A stretch of DNA of 64,000 nt from Basidiobolus meristosporus CBS 931.73 (Eukaryota > Fungi > Basidiobolomycota), in contig MCFE01000309.1 in the NCBI GenBank assembly GCA_002104905.1, forward strand, positions 1 to 64,000, given 5' to 3'. Made by a program: the position numbers and the translations under genes. Below are positions 49,733 to 59,500 of this stretch, one piece after another (within the stretch, counting starts at the first letter, position 1; each line of letters starts with the position of its first letter). The notes beneath the pieces were generated by a model that worked only from the letters and a program-made list of their open reading frames with translations, made no database searches and was not told the DNA's origin.

Positions 49733-50980
49733 ATGGTCCCCATACCAAGCCTCAACTCATCTTTAGTACAACCCAGACAAAACCCATCCCCCAGCTCACA
49801 AGCACAGTCCGGACCGGGAAAGTCAATGTTGGATCCATTCAAGTTCTTGCCAAATGATTTTAGTATGGCCCAAGTGTCTATGATGAGCCTTCATACAGAT
49901 ATTTGGGCACTACTGATTAATCTAGCAGAACTAAATACCTCAGAGAGTCAACAAAGATGGAAGAATTTGGGTAGAAAGCTGTGGCATGAGTTCTACATCA
50001 AGATGCCAGCCAATGTATGTAAAAAGATATATAACAAGACAAGTATTGAAATCAAGAATGAGCTGAAAGTGAGGGGATTTGACAAAGAAGCCGCGCGGGA
50101 GCAATTTTGCGCGCAATTTGCACAGTACGGGCCGGACACGTCCGTTTGTGCCTCAACTTTGGGAACCAAAGAGATTTTGAATGAGTTTTTGCCTCAAATG
50201 ACTAATGTACTACATGATATATTAGTAGAGCTAAGTGGCTTCTGAGAGCAATATACACAGGACTCATCCAGGCAACAGCTCCAAAGTATCAGACAGAGGG
50301 TAAGTGAATACCTTGAGGAATCAGATGGTGAGCCTCAGGAGGAAGAATACAGACCGCAAGCAACTTCATCCAGATTGCACCAGCATGCCTTGCTGGATTC
50401 CCTACCATCTCTTGCAACCACAGCGCGCTGGCGCACATCAGTCCAGAGTACACCAACACCCTTTACCAGAACGCCCCGCATCAAGTCAACGCGTGTCGGG
50501 TCAATGCACACGCTTCAGAGCAAAACTATGAGAACTCGCCAAACTGCTCATTTAGACACAAGTCCATTGGAGCGGACCGAGTCACGTCAACTTGCAGCAT
50601 CACATCAAACTCAGCCAAGGGCCATCTCAATGCGTCAAGGCGCACCTGCGCGTGCTGTTTTGCCTGACCATCAGCAAGTTACTTCTGGTGAACTGACTGA
50701 TGATGACCAACATGAAGTGCCTCAACCACTGGAGCCCTTGGCAAGTAAAAGAACATGTCAGCGCGTGGCACTACAGGCCGGTTCAGTCGGTTCAGTTGGA
50801 GCAATTCAGCGCGGCCAAGCTGTAGCATTGCACTCATCAACTAGGAGGCAAAATACTGACAACAAATACACTAGTAGCCAAGATGATAGTCAGCCAGGAA
50901 GTAGTATAGATGTGCAAAGTGAGTCACTACCAAATGCTTCAGTAGTAATCCCTGTGAGAAAAAAACCCAGGAGAAGATGA
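49733..50980 (+). pseudogene. Second (accessory) ORF of the Harbinger-like element; probable premature TGA at 50243-50245 and intron starting ~50299
   Basis: The frame continues past the TGA to a GTAAGT donor. The downstream ORF 50375-50980 is low-complexity and ends in a basic KKPRRR. Its position opposite the transposase matches the two-gene Harbinger layout. No domain recognised. Confidence 0.5.
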
Positions 50981-51879
50981 TGCGATTGCTTTGAATTGCT
51001 CACATTTGTAATGATCCCAACAACCCTTTTTTTTTGCGATCCAAATCAAGCCATTGCAAATCAGTGATCATCAAATTTTTGATATAAGTAATATCATGGT
51101 CGTCTCACATTTGAGACAGAACCCCTATAAATAAACACCCTGCATATATATACGTCATCTGTAAAACCAGTGCAGCTATTGGATCTGTTTTGCACCTACA
51201 CAATTGTTCACATGCTGGCTATGACACCTTGTCCAATCACTAGAATCAGGGATTTACTTGCTCAATGAGCAAAATGGGATATTTGATAGCAAATCAGGTA
51301 GCTTTTTTAGTAGTCAATGAGCCAATTGGGGCTGCCAGCTTCAGGATACTTTTGGACCAATTAACCACTGAGATACCGTCCAATTGGAGTGAGGGTAACC
51401 AAAATGGTAAGTATTAGTGTAGTTTATAGTGTGATACACATTTATTTCCATTTACATTAAAGAAAAATATCCAAATACCGGATTTTACCTGCCATAATGG
51501 CGGTATCCAATTGCGCACGTGATGCAAACATTACGAGTTGGCGCAATCATCCGTTCCAACCTCATTGTGTCAGATTGTGTCATAGTGTGCGAGATCGTCC
51601 CGCATAGTGCAAAATCGTCCAAGAACAATCCTTCCTTCTGGTAGCTATAATATTGCGCCCAATTGTTTTTTACAACCGCGGATTGAGCCGCACACCCTGG
51701 CACTGTACAATGGAACAAGTCTAATTACTCAGCAATTGATCTGGCAAAATGTATGTAAGGAGCTGATGGAACCTCAATAAAAATCAATTCAGGTTATAGG
51801 TATACAATGCTAGCTAAATTTGCTATTCCTCTACAACTCTTATACCAAGACTTGTAACTCAGTCATCCAAACCCAAATT

Positions 51880-52880
51880 TTAAGTTCACCTCAAATGATT
51901 GCATTGTCATAGCCAAGCTTGCAAATGGCTCCAAATACAGTCAGACCAGCAGCTTGAAGTTTCTTAAGAACCCTTTCAACAGTTCATATGTATTCATAAA
52001 TATATCTTCCTCCTTGAGGTAAGATGTGCAATTTATCTTTTCTCTGGACTTATTCTTAAGAGTATGTCATTAAGAAATTGCTGACATATTTCAGAAAAAC
52101 AGTCATACAAAACTCAAATCATTGTACATTGATAATTTTGCACAGAGTTAGTCCATCCTTGAGGAATGTTTGTCATCCTTATGAGTCCCATTGCTGTAAC
52201 CATAGCAGTGAAATGTCATGAGTCAGGATCCATTGGTGTCTGGTCATATTCCAGATGCTAATCCAATGTTGTAATCAGAGAATATGCAGTAAATGACCCA
52301 TTATACTAATGATTTATGGGTAGTGCATTGCCTCTTTGATGGTGACCTTATTCAAAAGTTGTGTGTCTTGAATAACTGTAGATGTTCATTTTTCTTCAAT
52401 GGTGTGAGCTGGGGATTACAATAATATCTGTAGCTGTATTTAATGAGTGTACTTTGAGATCTTGATTGTATTGTTTCCATCACTTTGCTCAGTAATCTTG
52501 AGGGAATATGATTTGATCAGTATGCCCCCAGTGTGTGCTCAATGGTATGGATATTGACCAGTGGAAATAGCTCTGAAGATAACCATTCACCTTGTGCATC
52601 ATTTAATGCAATGACATTGGCATAGCATTGTAGTAAAGTAAAAAAGAGACTTCTCTCCTCTATGGCTAAAATAGTTTAATAGTAAATTCCTGGAGCTTCT
52701 CTTCTGTAAATCAGGCTTCTTCATATTGGTGCAAAGACCTCATTGGAGGTGTATCTTGAGCAGATGATGAGATGCTAGTACACACTGGCTTTGCCTTCAA
52801 TGTAACTGGCTGATACTTGGTATTTGTCTTACTGTTGTTGATGGGATGAATTGCTGATCCTAATACAAAATAACCTAATA
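51880..52880 (-). mobile_element. Further decayed RT fragment of Gypsy family A
   Basis: Aligns with 34270-34499 and with 55850-56300 (VTIKEAM, GLIRMTNIPQGW). Confidence 0.7.
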
Positions 52881-53524
52881 GACTGCGGTAGTGGAAAGTA
52901 TTCTTTTAGTGCAATATCTCATAACCAATGTTGCACTCATTTTGTTGCTTTGCTTTTGCTATTGTAACAAATAAATTGAAGATCAAGATATCCCAACTTT
53001 GAAGGGCAAAAGCTCAAGACCCTAACAAGCAATCCACCCAGTACTACTATGTTGTGCAGAACACCAAGTAGCCAGTACAGAATTTGAATAATAGCTCATC
53101 TGAAGCTGTACTCAAGGAGTTATGATCAAAAAAGTCCAATAACCATACATATTAGGCCTCTGTTGCTAGGATTACCATGGTGTCTTCAGTTGCATGTAAC
53201 TTTTGAACCAGCTCATCAAATCAAGTGATTTTCTCACAGATGCTGTGCCTATGTCTGATATGTATTGCTTGTGCAATTGCCCAAAAGCTTTGATCATTCA
53301 GAATTTCATATATATATGACTTCCCCAGCTGAAAAATAAAGTGAGCCTCTCTTTCCAGAATCTCCACACTACAATTACAAGCCTAAAGGTTATAAGACTT
53401 ACCCTGCATCACTTATACTTTTGAGTATTCTGACTTTCATTGGTACTACATTAGTGATGAGACTGCAAAGCTCACAAGAATCTAATCTTAGTTCTACATG
53501 AAAGCTGCCACTTTCTGTTAGAAA

Positions 53525-53770
53525 AGTCCCCTTAAGCAACCCCTTTACTTTAAAGACACCCCTTTAGTCTAAAGACCTCTTTAGAGACCCATTTAGGAAA
53601 TCTCCCTACTCTAAAAAAGCCCACTTAAGAGACCACTGTAATAAACCTGTTTACTCTAAGGACACCCCTTTAGACACCCCTTCAGGCTAAAGAACCCTTG
53701 AGAGACCCATTTGGGAAATCCCTCTACTCTAAAAAGCCCCTTTAGACACCTCTTAAGGCTAAAGGGGTGC
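53525..53770 (+). repeat. Degenerate minisatellite inside the family-A LTR; other copies at ~29960-30105 (-) and ~63445-63840 (+)
   Basis: Recurrent ~12-bp submotif AGACACCCCTTT and the motif CCCTCTACTCTAAAAAAGCCC, arranged in ~110-140-bp higher-order units. Confidence 0.75.
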
Positions 53771-56518
53771 TTAGAGCTTCCATAGCAGGATATATCTTTT
53801 CCAAAAGGAAAGTGACTTCCAAATAAGGAAAAGCTTTTATAAATATAAAAAATCCTAACAGTTAACAGAAGGTCAGAACACTGCTGCCAAAGTGAGAAAC
53901 ACTGCCTACATTAAATTTTGAGCTTGATATTGAGGATATTTGTGACAGCTATATCATTGATTGATATATCAAACTCCCAATAAACCATTTCAGTATTAGC
54001 ATACTGGATGCTGTTCTATAGTGTTGATTAGTCTCTACATTGTAGAACAAGCCCCAAACTAATCATAATACAACAGAACATGAATTTGGTGGAGGAACTG
54101 GGTAGTTTGAACCTTTCATTTTACAAGCATCTGGGAACCTTACAAGAATGACCAATACACAACTCCCAGAGTTGATAGCCACCTTTAAAGATGCTATTCC
54201 TGCAAGATTCTTAGGAAGAAATGTCACTCAGCCTCTAGAACAGTTTAAAAATATAGCCGCAGCAATTATACTTTAACATAAGGACAAAATCAAGCTGTTT
54301 ACATTTCTCTGTGAAGTTGAGATATCATCATTCTTACAAGGTTTGGATTTATTTAGGATGTTTGCTGGTGTTAACTATAACTAGACACTGCTCAACAAGT
54401 TATATAGCTGAGTACCAAAAAGAAGCACAGTTTTTTACACTAGATGAGCTACAAATGCCTAGCAACAAGACCCAACCCTGACAAAAGTATATTGAAAAGT
54501 TTGAGTCAAAAGCAAGGCATGCTGAAGGAGCTGTTGGAACTCCAAGATTTTATCAACAAAAATATTTTCTGATGAATATGCCTCCTGATATACATACTAC
54601 AATAAGCACCAAGTTCAGGCTACAAGCTCCTAGAACTATGTTAAACAAATGGTGTTAAACTATCAATCAGGAAGACAAGTCATGCACTATATTAACAGTC
54701 AAATGATGCTTTCCACCCCAGCTAACCAAATTCTTCATTGTACAAAGAGCCCATAAAGTGTTCAGGTCAATGAATTAATTGATGCATTAGAAAAACTGAA
54801 GCTTAAGTAGGACTCTCAAAGTGTATTATCATCAAGCTTCCACAAAGCAAGACCAGAAAATCCCAAAACAACCAGTATCTATTCACGGCAAGCTAAGTAT
54901 TGTTCTTACAGCAAATCAGCTGAGCGCAGCCATCAGGGTTGTCAAATATTGAATAAAAATATTAACATTCACAAGGTTATGAATGATGATATGAGAAAAT
55001 CAAATTGTCATTGACAGAAGTTGATGGGAATATGAGAACTGCTACAGGTACAACAGAAAAGATGCTTGGACTTTGTCACTTAATACCAAATAAAACTGGG
55101 GAAATCAGGGTTACTTCTCCCTTTTTATTGCTCCCAATGAGCCAACTTTTAAGGTATTCTTTGGACAACTATATGAGAGAAAATCTCCTCTACAAGCTGA
55201 TAGCAGACCTTATAGGAGCCTATTGCTGACTATCACATCTGACAATTGAAAAAGAAGGGCAACCATATGTACAGCTGAAGAGAATAATCCAGGATATGTA
55301 GACTCAATTCCAGTACAAACAAGTTCATAAGGATATTTTGTTTTCTGATCAACACATCATCCCATTGTCAACAAGTAAGCCAAATATCAAGTTTAAGTCA
55401 GTTGCACTGAAGGCAAAGGCCAGTATCTACTGGAATTTCACCACCTACCCACAAGAGTCCTCAAATGAAGCTTTCCATAAATATTAAAAAATCAGACTCA
55501 AAGAAGAGAAGTTCCAGGAGTGAGCTATTGTAACTACTGTTACCACAGAGGAGAAAAGTTTCTTTTTACCTATGCAACAATGCTATGACAATATCCTGGT
55601 ATTTAATGATACACAATGAAGATTCTTATCCACAGAGCTATTTTCACTAGTTAAGATACAAGCCATTGAGCCTACACCATAGGCTTTTGGATCATATCCT
55701 ATTCTCTCACAATTACTCAGCAAAGTAGCTGAGATGCTACAATCATGATTTAAAAGTGGAGTAACTGACTGTAGCTTTGGACCATATTGTAATCTCTGGA
55801 TAATACTGTTGAAGAAAAATGAAAGTGTACAGCTTATTCAAGACATATAGTTTTGAATATGGTCACCATCAAAGATGCTATGCAACCTCCTATACAACCT
55901 GAATATATTGATTCACTTACTGGATATCCTCTGATAACAACATTAAATCTTTATTTACAATATGACAAACAACTTCTGGATCCCAACTCTAAAGATTTTA
56001 CTGCTATGGATTCACCAATAGGGCTCATAAGGATGACAAACATTCCTCAAGGATGGACTACCTCTGTGCAATGATTTGGGTTTTGGATGAGTGTTTCTCT
56101 GAAATATGTGAGCAATTTGTTGATGACATTACAGCTCAGAATATGTCCAGAGAAAAAGATAAACTGCACATCTTACCCCTAGTAGGAAGATATATTTATG
56201 AATACATATGGACTGTTGAAAGGGTCATTAAGAAGCTTCAAGCTGCTGGTCTGACTGTATGTGGAGCCATATGCAAGTTTGGCTGTGACAATGCAATCAT
56301 TTGAGATGAACTTGTTACTGAAAAAGGGAGATTGCCTAATCCTGCAAAACTTTCCCAGGCACTAAACTGGAAGTTAACAAGCAATACTCATGAAGTCAGA
56401 CCACTATTGTAACTTACTAGTATCTCAAGAATCTGGATCAAAACCTATGCTCAAATTGCTAGGCCACTGACTTAACTATTACAGAAAATCAGAAATTAGA
56501 GTGGTATGAAGAACAGGC

Positions 56519-59500
56519 TGTTGCAATTTAAGAAGTGATTTGGATATAAGGAACTTATCAAGAAATAGTGATAATAGTTGAACTGTTGTTTATTCATAAA
56601 GAAGCTCAGTATTTATACCTTTGTAGAAGTAATACAGCTGCAACACTAAGTAGGGAGGGTTTCTCAATATTTAAGAGCATTCTGTAACAGTTTCAGGGTT
56701 AGTACATAATGTTTGGTAATAGTGCTAATTTGATCCTGACTATAGGGGAATAATCATAAGATCATATATCTGGAGAAAGTGGCAAAGTTAAGGCAGTAAA
56801 TGAGTCCTACAGTGACTAAGACTAGCCTAGAATTGTTAAGTAAATTTTTAGCTGCTGAATGATACCAAATAGTCCAATATTTCAACACTCCCCCTCAACT
56901 AAATAATTTCTTAATCCCAATTTCTCTCTAAGGATCTCAAACTGTGGCCTAGCTAGTGGTTTTGTCAATATGTCTGCCACCATTTTGTCAGTTGGGCAGT
57001 AAACCAGCTCCACTAAGTTATTTTCTACAGCTTCCCTCACAAAGTGATGCTGTATATCAATGTGCTTATTTCTGGCATGATTAGTAGGATTTCTAGCTAA
57101 TGAAATACAACTTTGATTATCCTTGTAAATACATGTTGGTTCACCTGAATTAAAACCTAAGTCTTTGAATAATTTTCGTAGCCATATAGCCTCCTTAGTT
57201 GCTTGACATGCAGCCATATATTTGGCTTCAGTTGTAGATAGTGCCACAGTTGGTTGTTTCTTGCAATTCCAAGTAATAGCTGCACCAGCATAAAGAAATA
57301 CATAGCCTGTGGTAGAGCGTCTGTCAATCAAATCCCTACCCCAATCTGAATCACTATAACCATCAAATTTTCGCCTATTTGCTGCTCCAGAGTATTCCAG
57401 TACCATATTTATGGTACCTTGTAGATATCTGAAAATCCGCTTAACTGCTGCAATTTGATCTGATCCATAATTCTGCATGAATTGACTGACTATTCCAACA
57501 GCTACTGCAATATCTGGACGTGTAGACACCATCAAGTACATTAGGCTACCAACCATTGATTGATAGGGAAAGTTTTGGTCCATATTTGAGCCGTTTTCAT
57601 CTATAACTGGCTGAGATTTGCTTAATTTCAGGTTATTGTCCATAGGGGTTGCTGCAGGCTTGCAATTTTCCATTTTGAAGCGTCTAAGAATGTCCCTGAT
57701 GTACTTAGACTGATTCAGCACAATTTTCTGTGTAGGTATGTCAAATTTGACCTCGATTCCAAGAAAATAGCTCAATTTTCCAAGATCTTTCATCTCAAAC
57801 TTGCTGAAGAGATCTGATTTCGTCTGTTTAAGTGCCTCTTGATCACTTGTAGCTATAATTAGGTTGTCCACATAAAGAACTAGGATGATCACACCCTTTT
57901 TGAGCTTTTTCACATATATACTGTGATCTGCAGTGCTACGAGATAACCCAATTTCTTCTAGATATGTGTCAATCTTGTTATACCATGCTCTGGGTGCCTG
58001 CTTAAGCCCATACAACAATTTTCTAAGTTTGCACACCTTATAGGGGCTTTTTGGATCAGTAAAACCTTCTGGTTGCTCCATATATATAGTTTCTTGCAAA
58101 TCCCCATTTAGAAAGGCTGTTTTGACGTCCATTTGGTGTAGATCTAGACTGTGTACAGCTGCCAGGGCTAGAACTGTCCTAATAGAGTTAAACTTGGCAA
58201 CCGGAGCAAATGTTTCCTTAAAGTCTAGTCCCTGGATCTGGGAATAGCCTTTAGCTACCAATCTAGCCTTGTACTTATCAACGGCACCATTTGAGGTTAT
58301 CTTGATCTTGTAGACCCATCTACATCCTATTGGCTTTCTCCCATTTGGTAAATCTACCAGTTCCCACGTTTTTGCCTTGATCAGTGATTGGTACTCCTCC
58401 TGCATGGCTTGTTGCCACTTAGTAGCATCTGGACCTTGCATTGCCTGTTCCAGATTCTGAGGTTCAGCACATAAGGCAAGATAAGCTTCTTCATGATCAT
58501 TGGATGTCTGCCACCAGGATCTAGGGGCATTTCTTATTCTGGTAGATCTCCTAACTGGGATAATCTGTTCTGATCTGGAACTGGTAGAAGTATCTTCCAT
58601 CTCTGGCTGGATTTGGTACGTATCTTCTTCATTTGTGTTGATTGCATCATCAGGCAGCTGGCCAATGATTTCTGTGGCTTTCTGATCTGAATTTTCCTCA
58701 AATACAACGTCCCTGCTCTTGATCAGCTTCTGAATTTCGCCATCATACACTCTATACCCTTTAGTATCTTCACAATACCCAAGAAAGATCCCTTTTCTAC
58801 TATTTGGTTCCAACTTTGAGCGTTTTTTGTCAGGGATGTGATAAAAAACATCACTGCCAAAGATCCTGAGGTGCTGGAGATCTGGTTTTTTGCCTGTATA
58901 TGCTTCAAAGGGTGTAGAATCATGTAGTGCTGTTATTGGGCATCTGTTCTTGATGTATACAGTGGTAGCAACAGATTCAGCCCAAAACTTGTAGTCCATT
59001 CCCTTATCATGTAGCATAGATCTTCCCATCTCTACTATTGTTCTGTTTGCACATTCTGCTACTCCATTTTGCTGTGGAGTATGAGGAACTGTGGTCTGTT
59101 GAAGTATACCAGTAGACAAGCAGTATTTTGCAAACTCCTTTGAGCAGTATTCTCCTCCATTGTCACTTCGTAGTACCTTCAATTTACACCCAGTTTGTGT
59201 TTCTGCCATGTTCTTGAAGTGCCTAAACGTCTCTAAAGCTTCATCCTTTGTTTTGAGGAAGTACACCCATGTATATCTTGTCTTGTCATCAATAAACGTC
59301 ATAAAGTATCTCTTGGCTCCAAAGGACAGTGTTCTCATGGGGCCACATATGTCTGAGTGTACAATAGCCAATATTTTGATGGTATTGATGCCTTCTGAGC
59401 TCTTGAAACGTTGCCTAGCTTGTTTGCCATATGAACATCCCTTACAAACATTCAATTTGATCGGAATTGAGTATTTTAGGCCCAAAACAAGCTGATTTTT

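Larger units (their letters stand above)
48306..51722. mobile_element. PIF/Harbinger-related (PHIS-group) DNA transposon, 3417 bp, two divergent ORFs, TSD AAT
   Basis: 25-bp TIRs (AGACTTGTTCCGTTGGATAGTGCCA, 22/25 match). AAT at 48303-48305 and 51723-51725. The host LTR is contiguous across the site when compared with 34720-34760. Confidence 0.9.
34500..51859 (+). mobile_element. Decayed full-span Ty3/Gypsy family B with LTRs 34500-~34865 and 48072-51859 (interrupted), TSD CAGT, hosting several nested elements
   Basis: gag and Zn-knuckle remnant (GLCFNCHQ), protease IDLGA, RT at 46330-46920 (WGAPVLF, MSFGLTNAPATF, YLDDILIYS), integrase at 47300-48060 and PPT GGGGAGAA at 48064-48071. CAGT at 34496-34499 and 51860-51863, and the host family-A RT sequence resumes after it. 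Confidence 0.82.

Noticed and set aside
53525-53770. CRISPR-like repeat-spacer array
   Set aside because: The units are degenerate, lack unique spacers, sit inside an LTR and have no cas genes nearby in a eukaryotic context.
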